DNA from: a virus
Taxonomy: Duplodnaviria > Caudoviricetes
DNA: 64,000 nucleotides
IMG/VR virus record: IMGVR_UViG_2706796033_000001
Location: 1-64,000 of that record
Reading direction: 5' to 3' (one strand)
Every line of letters begins with the position of its first letter. Position 1 is the stretch's first letter. A program made the translations under genes and the position numbers. Shown here in pieces: positions 40,771 to 49,232 of this stretch. The notes under the pieces are model-generated. The model was not told the origin of the DNA, did no database searches, and saw only the letters and a list, made by a program, of their open reading frames with translations.

Positions 40771-42201
40771 ATGACGACGTTTTTGCAGAACCTAAGCGGA
40801 CAGCTCAATACCACCCGCACGGAGAACGGCGATAAGGCGCACAAGTCGTCGCTTGATCCGGTGGTGGATTACTTCGGCTTGGCGGGCGCTATGCGTGACC
40901 GTGCCGAGGCGAGCGCTGACCTGTTTGAGAAGGCGTTCAACGTTGACCCGCAGGCTGCCGTGCGGACCCTGTTTTATCTGCGTGATGTGCGCGGGGGCCA
41001 GGGGGAGCGCGACGTGTTCCGCGCTGGGCTTAAGCGCCTCTATGCCGTCGACCCGTACACGGCGATGGCCGTTACCGAGCATGTCCCGTTCTATGGGCGC
41101 TGGGATGACTTGTTCATCTTCGGGTCGCAGGTTCCGGCGGGCATCGGGGCGATCATTCGTGAGCAGTGGTCCGCCGACGTTGACGCTTACGAGCGCGGCG
41201 AGAAGGTCTCACTGCTGGCTAAGTGGCTGCCGTCCGATAAGAGCCGGTCGAACTTGGACCTGGCTATCGCGGTCCGCGAAATGCTGGGCCTGACTCAGCG
41301 CGAGTACCGCCAGACGCTTAGCGCGCTGCGGGGTCGTATCGACCTGCTTGAGCACGCGATGACGGAGGGCGTGTACGGCAACGTCGACTACGGCAAGATT
41401 CCGGCGCAGGCGCACCGCAAGCACGTTAAGGCGTTCCGGCGCAACGACGGTGAGCGGTACCAGGCGTTCCTAGACGCGGTGGACCGTGGCGAGGCCAAGG
41501 TGAACACGTCGACCCTGTACCCGTACGAGCTGTACGACATGGTTCGTAACGGTGACGCGGCTGCGGCTAACACGCTGTGGAACAACCTGCCTGACTACAC
41601 GCGCCCCGGCCAGGACGCGATCGTTCTCGCGGACGTTTCAGGCTCGATGTGGGGTCGGCCTATGTCGGTGTCCGTGTCGCTGGCTTTGTACTTCGCAGAG
41701 CGCAACACAGGGCCGTATAAGGGCTACTTCATGACGTTCGCCTCTACGCCTGAGCTGGTGCAGGTGACCGGTAAGACGTTGAAGCAGAAGCTTCACGCTA
41801 TCGAGCACTCGACTGGCTGGTGTGGGTCGACCGACTTGGAGGCCGCGTTTAAGGCGATCTTGCGGGCCGGTAAGCAGTCGGGCACCGTCCCGGCCACGCT
41901 CTACGTCGTGTCGGACATGCAGTTCAATCAGGCGCTTAACCACGCCGATCTGAGCGTGTTTGAGTCAGCCCGGCTGGACTTCAAGCGGGCGGGGCTTGAG
42001 CTGCCGCATGTCGTGTTCTGGAACGTCAACGCGCGCCACGATCAGCTCCCGGCCACGATCCTTGACGGGAACGTGACGCTGGTGTCTGGCTTGGCGGCTA
42101 CGACGTTCGGCATGGCCGTGGAGGGTAAGACCCCTCGTGAGCTGGTAGATGACGTGATCAACAGCGAGCGGTACTCGCGGATCAACGTTTACAGTTCCTA
42201 A
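40771..42201 (+). CDS. DUF2828-family Ro60/TROVE-like RNA-binding protein with C-terminal VWA domain
   Basis: TENG, RDVRGGQGER, YGRWDDL, AKWLPS helical region; MIDAS DVSGSM...T...SDMQF, VFWNV. Confidence 0.85.
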   Translation: MTTFLQNLSGQLNTTRTENGDKAHKSSLDPVVDYFGLAGAMRDRAEASADLFEKAFNVDPQAAVRTLFYLRDVRGGQGERDVFRAGLKRLYAVDPYTAMAVTEHVPFYGRWDDLFIFGSQVPAGIGAIIREQWSADVDAYERGEKVSLLAKWLPSDKSRSNLDLAIAVREMLGLTQREYRQTLSALRGRIDLLEHAMTEGVYGNVDYGKIPAQAHRKHVKAFRRNDGERYQAFLDAVDRGEAKVNTSTLYPYELYDMVRNGDAAAANTLWNNLPDYTRPGQDAIVLADVSGSMWGRPMSVSVSLALYFAERNTGPYKGYFMTFASTPELVQVTGKTLKQKLHAIEHSTGWCGSTDLEAAFKAILRAGKQSGTVPATLYVVSDMQFNQALNHADLSVFESARLDFKRAGLELPHVVFWNVNARHDQLPATILDGNVTLVSGLAATTFGMAVEGKTPRELVDDVINSERYSRINVYSS

Positions 42202-42208
42202 TGTTTCC

Positions 42209-42232
42209 GATACCGGGGACCGCCCCGGTATC
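42209..42232 (+). other. GC-rich hairpin between DUF2828 gene and RNA array
   Basis: GATACCGGGG-ACCG-CCCCGGTATC perfect 10-bp stem. Confidence 0.7.
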
Positions 42233-42240
42233 TTTAAACA

Positions 42241-42296
42241 TGTGGACGCTAACAGCAACTAAAACTGTTTGCGGATAACAATAAAATGCGTCCAGT
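42241..42296 (+). ncRNA. Y-RNA-like unit 1
   Basis: TGGACGC/GCGTCCA closing stem, TAACAGCAA motif, internal hairpin. Confidence 0.7.
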
Positions 42297-42303
42297 TAAA
42301 ACG

Positions 42304-42429
42304 TGTGGACTCCTACAGCAATTACACTGCTTCCACTGTTAATGGCGAGGTCTGGGTTCGAGTCCCAGTAGCGGCCCTGTGTCGCTGTAGCTTAAGGGCA
42401 GAGCGCGTACGCAAAAAACGGAGTCCAGT
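42304..42429 (+). ncRNA. Y-RNA-like unit 2 containing a circularly permuted tRNA-Asn(GTT)
   Basis: TGGACTCC/GGAGTCCA stem, TACAGCAA; anticodon arm, T arm, looped acceptor stem and D arm in permuted order. Confidence 0.8.
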
Positions 42430-42436
42430 AAGCGGC

Positions 42437-42500
42437 TGTGGTCACTAACAGCAATCCCTATGAAATCTGTTGCCAAAACTGATAATCAAATGTGACCAGT
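42437..42500 (+). ncRNA. Y-RNA-like unit 3
   Basis: TGGTCAC/GTGACCA stem, TAACAGCAA motif, internal hairpin. Confidence 0.7.
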
Positions 42501-42516
42501 CCTGCCGCGCCAGATC

Positions 42517-42557
42517 AGCCCCGTATCCAGTCTTAGCCGACTGGCCGGGGCTTTTTT
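42517..42557 (+). terminator. intrinsic terminator closing the DUF2828/RNA array unit
   Basis: AGCCCCG..CCAGTC / GACTGG..CGGGGCT stem plus TTTTTT. Confidence 0.85.
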
Positions 42558-42702
42558 GTGCCCTAAGAAAGGATTTACATGCCTGGACCAATGTCCGCGC
42601 CGAACGGAAACGCGCTGATCACCTACAGCGCCGAGGCGCGTAAGAAAGCCGGTCGCACCGGCAAGACGGAAGCTGTGAAAGCCCGTAAGGGGGAGAAGAA
42701 GA

Positions 42703-43038
42703 ATGCGTAAGGGAATCGTCGCAGTCGTCCTCGTCGGCGCATTGTCGCTGGTCGGGTGCGCCACTCAGAATCAGCACTGGGAGCGCGGCTGCAAGGTCCA
42801 GTCAAAGGACATGCTGTACGGCAGCAACAGCGACGGCGGCACGACGCGCACTAAGCGCATTAGCACCACATGCGGGGCGTTCGACGTAGAGGACGCTATC
42901 GAGGTCGGCCACATGAACAGCTACGACCTGTGGGCCAAGCTCGAAGAGGGCAAGACCTACGACCTCAAAGTCGGCGGGCTGCGCAACGGGTTCCTGTCCA
43001 TGTTCCCCACGGTGTTGGAGGTTAAGGATGCCGGTTAG
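42703..43038 (+). CDS. lipoprotein
   Basis: Signal peptide with LVGC lipobox. Confidence 0.65.
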   Translation: MRKGIVAVVLVGALSLVGCATQNQHWERGCKVQSKDMLYGSNSDGGTTRTKRISTTCGAFDVEDAIEVGHMNSYDLWAKLEEGKTYDLKVGGLRNGFLSMFPTVLEVKDAG

Positions 43039-43327
43039 CGTTAGCGAAGCGATCCGCCGCTACCAGGAGGCGCAGGCACAGGAGCGCGGCGAGACTCTGC
43101 CGGAGAAGTTCTACCCGGTGCCTAACCGGCGCTCCATCCGCGCGCATCGCTTCGGCGGCTTCCGTGAGGGCATGGGCACCGGTGATTCGTTCGTGTTGGT
43201 CAGGCCATACCGGTCGCGTATTCAGCGCGGCAAGTCTCGTCCTCAGCCGCGCGGGCAGATCGTTAGGCGTGGCTTTAACGATTACGTCGAAAACGGTCCG
43301 GATTCCATGCGGGGCCGCGTGCTGTGA
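43028..43327 (+). CDS. hypothetical protein
   Basis: Coupled ORF, GGAGG SD. Confidence 0.55.
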   Translation: MPVSVSEAIRRYQEAQAQERGETLPEKFYPVPNRRSIRAHRFGGFREGMGTGDSFVLVRPYRSRIQRGKSRPQPRGQIVRRGFNDYVENGPDSMRGRVL

Positions 43328-43498
43328 TGCCGACGAAGAACCTCGTCAGCGTCCTACTTAACGACGGCCAGAAGTTCGACTTTGTGACGAAAACCCTGCC
43401 ACAGGAAAGCGCGGCGGGGTCGCTGACAATCATGCTTAGCGACTCGTACCTGGTTTACGGGCCGGGCCGTTGGATTAGCTACGGAGTTAAGGAACACG

Positions 43499-43699
43499 AT
43501 GGAGAACCCTGAAATTGGCACAGTCCTCCGTAAGGACTTTGCAGAGGAGTTAGGTCCAGGCACGTTCGACCTGTACGTGTTCACCCTGCGCGGATGGGTA
43601 TTTGTCGACCAATACGGCCTTCCGCAGGTCAATGTCGTCGCCCCGCGTGACAGTGACACGCGGCTGGTCCAGTTGCATCCGAAGGTTAGCGAGGATTAA
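43499..43699 (+). CDS. hypothetical protein
   Basis: Coupled ORF. Confidence 0.55.
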   Translation: MENPEIGTVLRKDFAEELGPGTFDLYVFTLRGWVFVDQYGLPQVNVVAPRDSDTRLVQLHPKVSED

Positions 43700-43740
43700 T
43701 CACTGATTATCAAGTAAAGCGCGACTACTGGGACCGTCCG

Positions 43741-44673
43741 ATGGTTTACCCACCGGACTTCCAGGGTCCGCTAACGGGGGAATGGCGCGAAGGTAGGGGG
43801 CGCGATGGAAAGCACAAGCGCTGGTGGTACTCCAAAGACGCCAAGGGATATAGCCGGGCGTCCGGTGCGGGCAAAGGTCTCGACACCAAGGATGGGCTTA
43901 TCGACTGGGCAGCCTGTCAGGCAGCCGTTGGCATCCTCTTGGACGCCTCCGCGCGCTCAGAGGTCGCAACGCTTATCAACGAGTACGACGCCGACCCCTG
44001 GTACAAGGGAGACGACGGCGGCACCCGCTCCGGCAAAGAGCGGCTTAAAGCTGCTGTTGAGCAAGCGCGTAACACTGCCGGTCAGCACACTGCTGCTTCT
44101 GCTGGCACTGAGTTCCATAAGCTCGGTGAGCTACGCAATAAGGGCGAAACGCCGCGCGTAATTCAGGAGCATCTAAAGGAACCGCTGGCGAAGTACGACA
44201 AAGCGGTCGAACCTATCGAGTTCATTGACCAGGAAATGCTTATCGTTAACGACAAGCTGGAACTGTGCGGCTCGGTGGATTACCTCATGGCGCTGCCGCC
44301 AGGGATCACTACGCCGGATGGCGTTAAGCACGACAAAGAGCTTGTCGTTGTGGGCGACCTTAAGACCGGGCGTTGGGACGCTAAGCGCCCTATGGGTGTG
44401 ACCTGCCAGTTGGCGGCTTATGGGACGGGTCTGCGTTACGACCAGGAGACGAATACCCGTACTCCGCTGCATAACCAGATCAATAACAAATGGGGAGTGA
44501 TGGTTCATTTCCCAATCATGACTAAGAATCCTCAGGTCAAGTTCTATTGGGTGGACCTTGAGCTGGGGTTGCAAGCGGCCTTGCTCGGTAAGCAAGTCGA
44601 GGCTATGCGCCGCGTTTTCAATTCTAAGGATTCAGAGCTTAAGGAGTTGAGCCTTGACCGTTATCAGTGGTAG
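43741..44673 (+). CDS. PD-(D/E)XK / Cas4-like exonuclease
   Basis: GTEFH, E......GSVD...DLKTG, QLAAY motifs; adjacent to ERF. Confidence 0.85.
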   Translation: MVYPPDFQGPLTGEWREGRGRDGKHKRWWYSKDAKGYSRASGAGKGLDTKDGLIDWAACQAAVGILLDASARSEVATLINEYDADPWYKGDDGGTRSGKERLKAAVEQARNTAGQHTAASAGTEFHKLGELRNKGETPRVIQEHLKEPLAKYDKAVEPIEFIDQEMLIVNDKLELCGSVDYLMALPPGITTPDGVKHDKELVVVGDLKTGRWDAKRPMGVTCQLAAYGTGLRYDQETNTRTPLHNQINNKWGVMVHFPIMTKNPQVKFYWVDLELGLQAALLGKQVEAMRRVFNSKDSELKELSLDRYQW

Positions 44674-44971
44674 CCGGGAGACCAGCTTGGCGGCTTTCGA
44701 GTCGCTGGATAAGGACTATCTGCGGGAGTCGCAGAAAGCAGTGCTTAAGGCACTGGGCCGGTTGCGTAAGGGCGGTACGGATACCGATATCGCGCGTGTT
44801 TACAACCGGTCCAAATGGGGCGCGGTCCTGCCTCAGTCGCCTTCGGGTCTGCGGACTCGTCGGTCGGAGCTGGTGAGGCAGGGGCTTGTGGTGGATACCG
44901 GCGTGCGTAAGCGGCTGGCGAGTGGTCGTCAGTCCGTGGTGTGGGCCAAGGCGAAGAACGGGGTTAAGTGA
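44654..44971 (+). CDS. winged-HTH DNA-binding protein
   Basis: TS..A...RTRRSELV..GLV.D.G..R...SGR...VW. Confidence 0.7.
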   Translation: MTVISGSRETSLAAFESLDKDYLRESQKAVLKALGRLRKGGTDTDIARVYNRSKWGAVLPQSPSGLRTRRSELVRQGLVVDTGVRKRLASGRQSVVWAKAKNGVK

Positions 44972-45720
44972 CGGCTACCAAAGCGGACCTAGAGACCGCT
45001 CTCGCGGAGGCGGACGCCAAGATCGAGTCCCTTGAGGAGGAGCTTAAGAACGCTCCCAAGTGGGATAAGTCCGACACGCCTACCGTCTTTGAGGCGTGGA
45101 ATCGCGTCATGCGCGACGTGCAGTTCCTTAGTAAGAACTCGCGCAACGAACAGCAGAGGTTCAACTTCCGAGGCATTGACGCGGTAATGAACGCGGTCGG
45201 CCCGGTGCTGCGTGAGCACGGCGTGATCGTTGTTCCTACGGGTGTTGAGCATGAAGCGGAGCGGTACCTGTCGAAGAGTGGCGCACAGATGTGTAACCGC
45301 ACTGCCGCGATGACTTACCGGGTGTACGGACCGGCTGGCGACTATTTCGACGGGACTGCGGTCGGTGAGGCCGCAGATTCAGGCGACAAGTCGATGACTA
45401 AGGCTGAGTCGGTTGCGCTGAGGACGTTCCTGCTGCAATCGCTGATGCTGCCGACTGACGATCCGGACCCTGACGCTAGCTCACATGAGCGGGCGGTGCC
45501 GGTTCGTAGCCAGGCCGCTACGCCGCCTCCGGTTGGTAACGCGGATTCTGCTGCCGCCCGCGCCAAGCTGCGCGAGCTGGCGACCTCTAAGAACTGGGAC
45601 TTGAACGGGATTGCGAACAAGTTCGCAGAGCACAACAAGGGTCGGGAGCTTAAGGACGCCACTGCCGAAGAGGTCACGGCATTTACGAACCTTCTAGAGA
45701 CAGGGGCGGTGACCGTCTAA
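44968..45720 (+). CDS. ERF-family ssDNA annealing protein
   Basis: FNFRGIDAV...GEA.DSGDK...KA.S.A motifs. Confidence 0.85.
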   Translation: MTATKADLETALAEADAKIESLEEELKNAPKWDKSDTPTVFEAWNRVMRDVQFLSKNSRNEQQRFNFRGIDAVMNAVGPVLREHGVIVVPTGVEHEAERYLSKSGAQMCNRTAAMTYRVYGPAGDYFDGTAVGEAADSGDKSMTKAESVALRTFLLQSLMLPTDDPDPDASSHERAVPVRSQAATPPPVGNADSAAARAKLRELATSKNWDLNGIANKFAEHNKGRELKDATAEEVTAFTNLLETGAVTV

Positions 45721-45916
45721 TGATCAACAGCACGATTGCGGGTATCCCTGTGGAGCTGGTCGACGCTCCACAGGGCATCACCATTCCGTGTGAGCTTTGT
45801 TTCGTTAAAGAGGCTGAGTTCGCAGTAGGTTCCTACGATCACAAGCTGCTGTGCGAAGGCTGCCTTGATTACGGGGATTCGCGCCGGTTCTGGAACTTGG
45901 AACCGAGGCAGGCTCT

Positions 45917-46195
45917 GTGAGTGATGTTCTACCTGAATCTCAGGTGTTCGACGCGGACACATTCATCGGCATTTTCCAGCCGGGCGACAGCGACCACGGC
46001 TGGCCTAACGAGCTGCAATACCTCTGGACGGCAGACCAGGCACGTACCTTGGCGCTGCTTGACGAGGTTGTCTCGGCGGGTGGAATCACTAAGCCGGTTT
46101 CAGTTGGCCCCGATAAGAGGGTTTGGGATGGGCACCACCGCGTAGCCATCGCTTTAGCGCTGCGCATTCCTTTGCCTGTCGAGTTCGTCAAGTAA
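45917..46195 (+). CDS. ParB-like nuclease domain protein
   Basis: GI..PV...WDGHHR..A motif. Confidence 0.7.
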   Translation: MSDVLPESQVFDADTFIGIFQPGDSDHGWPNELQYLWTADQARTLALLDEVVSAGGITKPVSVGPDKRVWDGHHRVAIALALRIPLPVEFVK

Positions 46196-46204
46196 GGGGG
46201 AACG

Positions 46205-46564
46205 TTGAGTGAGTACAATCCGGTCTCCGTAGAGCAGGAAATCTTAGCGACCGTTAACGATATCTCGGCAGGGATTATCACGGCGCGGGATGCTCACGAG
46301 AAAAAGCTAGAGACTGAGCGCGCCTACAAGCGTGCTTACGCTCGCGCGTTCATGGCACATAAGGGTCCGCAGACAGAGAAAAAGGTCGCGGCGAACATCG
46401 TTGAGGATGTTATGAACGCCGAGGACGAGCGGGACGCTTGGGCTGTCGCTTACGAGTACGCGAAGGACAACAACCGGGCGCTTAGCTCAAAGCTGGACGC
46501 TATCCGGTCGGTGGGCGCTTCGGTGCGTCAGGCATACGCGAACGCTGGCCGTGGCGAGTGGTGA
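46205..46564 (+). CDS. hypothetical helical protein
   Basis: AAGGGGG SD, 119 aa. Confidence 0.6.
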   Translation: MSEYNPVSVEQEILATVNDISAGIITARDAHEKKLETERAYKRAYARAFMAHKGPQTEKKVAANIVEDVMNAEDERDAWAVAYEYAKDNNRALSSKLDAIRSVGASVRQAYANAGRGEW

Positions 46565-46892
46565 GAAGAAATGCCGGGAACTGGTCTATGAGCGGGCCGA
46601 CCGCTTCTGTGAGCGGTGCTGCCGCAATGGGCCAGTTTTCAGCGTTCACCACAGGTTAAAGCGGTCGCACGGCGGGCTATGGACCGCAGATAACTGCGTG
46701 CTGCTGTGCGGGACCGGCGTTCAGGGCTGCCACGGCTGGATAGAGCACAACGCTAATGCCGCGAGCGATGAGGGCTGGCATGTCCGCGCTTGGGAAATCC
46801 CGGCGCAAGTCCCGGTCCTGTATCGGGGCAATGATTGGTCACTTTTAACAGCGGAGGGTGAGCGTGTCCGAGTTTGGAAAAATCCACCGTAA
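46551..46892 (+). CDS. HNH endonuclease
   Basis: CERC...HHR..RS.GG...N...LC....GCH. Confidence 0.85.
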   Translation: MASGEKKCRELVYERADRFCERCCRNGPVFSVHHRLKRSHGGLWTADNCVLLCGTGVQGCHGWIEHNANAASDEGWHVRAWEIPAQVPVLYRGNDWSLLTAEGERVRVWKNPP

Positions 46893-47544
46893 GTTCTGGG
46901 ACCACCCAAAGGCTAAGCAGGCTGGCAACGCTGCGCTTGGCCTTTGGGCTAAAGCCAACGCGTGGACTCGGGATAACCGATCCGGAGGGTTCGTCCCGCG
47001 CGAGGTGGCCCTAGAGCTGGGAACACGCGACGAGGCCAATGCCCTGGTCAAGGCCGGGCTTTGGCGCAGGGTCGATAAGGACGGCGAGTTCATCGGCGTT
47101 CAGTTCAACGATTACGAGCATTGGAACGATGACGTTGAGCCGAACACTGAGGCAGGCAAGCTGGTCCGCAAGACCATTCCGGAGTCACACCCATTCGCCA
47201 TTCGGCAACAGCTAGTCAAAAAGACAGCTGAGCTGCTGCGTGAGGGTATCGACCAGGAAATTATGGAGCGCGCACTTAACCTCTGGCTCGCTAAGGACTT
47301 TGGGCCGGGCATTCTGCCCAGCCTGGTCAGCGAGGCACAGAAAGAGGCGCAGCGCGCGGCCACGCTAAGGAACACGATCACTGAGTGCCTTAAGACGGGG
47401 CAGGTTTCACCGCTTAAGGCTTACGGATACATCTTCTCGCCTCCCGTACCGCCGGATGGACTTGACGTGAACTCGCGCCGAGCTTGGATGGATCGCGCTA
47501 AACGGGACTGGCTGAATGAACTCCGTGGAAGGGTTGCAGCTTGA
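46858..47544 (+). CDS. replication initiator / helicase-loader-like protein
   Basis: FWDHPK...ALGLW...GFVP...LVKAGLW N-terminus, directly upstream of DnaB. Confidence 0.6.
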   Translation: MSVSEFGKIHRKFWDHPKAKQAGNAALGLWAKANAWTRDNRSGGFVPREVALELGTRDEANALVKAGLWRRVDKDGEFIGVQFNDYEHWNDDVEPNTEAGKLVRKTIPESHPFAIRQQLVKKTAELLREGIDQEIMERALNLWLAKDFGPGILPSLVSEAQKEAQRAATLRNTITECLKTGQVSPLKAYGYIFSPPVPPDGLDVNSRRAWMDRAKRDWLNELRGRVAA

Positions 47545-48806
47545 CTGAGGCACAGCCACCTAATGATCAGACTGCCGAGCAGTGCGTTATTGGGTCGCTA
47601 CTCCTGTCGTCTAAGGCGCTTAACACGCTTTCGACGTTAATTACCGCTGAGGACTTCTACCGTCCGATTCACGCGGACATTTTCACGGCTGCGATGGCTC
47701 TGCAGGCTGCCGGTGAGGCGGTCGACGCAATGACCGTCGCTAAGGAACTCGAGACGCGCGGCCAGCTCCGCAAGATCGGCGGGGCACCGTACCTGCTGAC
47801 CTGCATGGAGAACACACCTACCGCTACCAACGCTGAGGCGTACGCGCGGATGGTGCTGGACAAGGCGAAGCTGCGGCGGATGGCAGAGCTGGGCACCCGG
47901 CTTAAGCAACTGGCGTACGCGGAGACCACGACCAGTGACGACGTTGCTTGCCTGCTGGGGGAGGGTGAGAAGTTCTTCCGCCAGGAGCATGAGCCTGACG
48001 ACCGGGCGCTTGGGTTCGGCAGAATGATTGAGTCCTGGGAGCACTGGCAGACGACCGCAGAGGGCTATATCAAGACGCCTTGGGAAGCGCTGAATGCGCG
48101 CCTGAATGGTGGTCTACAGCGCGGCAGGCTCTACACGATTGCGGCTAGGCCGGGCGTCGGAAAGAGTGTCGCTGCGTTGCAGCTAGCGAGCAATGCGGCC
48201 TTTTGGGGTTTCCCGTCCGCGTTCTTCACGCTGGAAATGTCGACCGACGAGGTTACGTCGCGGTTGATGGCTGCCGGGTCGAGTGTCGACTTCTCAAAGA
48301 TCATGCGTAAGGACTTGGACCTTACCGACCGCGAGAAGATCGACAATTTCATTAAGTTGAACGACACCATTCCGCTACAGGTGGTGGACCGCGCAACGAT
48401 CACTACAGAGCAGATCGTGGCTCACTGCCGGTCGGTCGGAAACCTAGGCGTCGTAGTCGTGGACTACCTGCAACTGGTTAAGCCGTCCGATAGCAAGGTG
48501 TCGCGCGAACAGCAGGTGTCGCACATGTCGCGGTCACTCAAGATTGCGGCGCGTGAGCTGAACGTGGCGATGGTCCAGTGTGCCCAGTTGAATCGCGGCC
48601 CCGTTAAGGACGGTAAGCCGCGCGCTCCGACTATTGCGGACCTACGCGAGTCGGGAGCGATTGAACAGGATAGCGACGTGGTTCTCCTGCTGCATAACGA
48701 CGAGGACGACCCCGGCATTATCCAAATGATTATCGGTAAGAACCGGAACGGGAGAATGGGTGACCTTGCGCTCAATTTCGAGGGGCATTACCAGCGAATC
48801 ACGTAA
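47541..48806 (+). CDS. dnaB: DnaB-like replicative helicase
   Basis: AARPGVGKS, LEMS, VDYLQL, QLNR, DLRESGAIEQDSD, KNRNG. Confidence 0.96.
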   Translation: MTEAQPPNDQTAEQCVIGSLLLSSKALNTLSTLITAEDFYRPIHADIFTAAMALQAAGEAVDAMTVAKELETRGQLRKIGGAPYLLTCMENTPTATNAEAYARMVLDKAKLRRMAELGTRLKQLAYAETTTSDDVACLLGEGEKFFRQEHEPDDRALGFGRMIESWEHWQTTAEGYIKTPWEALNARLNGGLQRGRLYTIAARPGVGKSVAALQLASNAAFWGFPSAFFTLEMSTDEVTSRLMAAGSSVDFSKIMRKDLDLTDREKIDNFIKLNDTIPLQVVDRATITTEQIVAHCRSVGNLGVVVVDYLQLVKPSDSKVSREQQVSHMSRSLKIAARELNVAMVQCAQLNRGPVKDGKPRAPTIADLRESGAIEQDSDVVLLLHNDEDDPGIIQMIIGKNRNGRMGDLALNFEGHYQRIT

Positions 48807-48822
48807 AGCCATTGAAGCGCTT

Positions 48823-49083
48823 ATGTCACCTAAGCCGCTTATGTGGCAGGACGAGGCGGCGTGCGCGGGCGACTCACGCTTCACCGCGCGCCTTGACTGG
48901 CTAGATGCGTCCGACCTTCACGAAATGGACGCCATGTGCGGGGAATGTCCCGTATTCGAGCAGTGCAATAAGTGGGCTTCGACTCAGAATGAGGACGGCT
49001 CTCCTGCCGTCGTTGAGGTATTCGCAGCGGGTCATTGGAGGCAACCGAAATGGATGAGTACGACGACGACTACCACGACGTAG
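48823..49083 (+). CDS. WhiB-like protein (degenerate)
   Basis: WQDEAAC...C.ECPV..QC...VFAAG. Confidence 0.6.
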   Translation: MSPKPLMWQDEAACAGDSRFTARLDWLDASDLHEMDAMCGECPVFEQCNKWASTQNEDGSPAVVEVFAAGHWRQPKWMSTTTTTTT

Positions 49084-49232
49084 ACGAGGAGTATCCACGT
49101 GACTAATCCAGACGACGACTATGAAAACCCAATCGGCGAAGTCCTAGACGAGGACACGGTTAGCGACCTTAGGGCTACCCACTTCGTTTACTCGATTGCC
49201 GGTCTGCTTGGAATCAAGACAGGAGCGCCCTG

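Noticed and set aside
42241-42500. Mini CRISPR array (repeat-spacer-like pattern, Cas4-like gene about 1.2 kb downstream)
   Set aside because: Repeats are not identical, the unit ends pair with each other around the insert, and insert lengths vary widely. The nuclease sits next to ERF as a recombination exonuclease, and no other cas genes are present.
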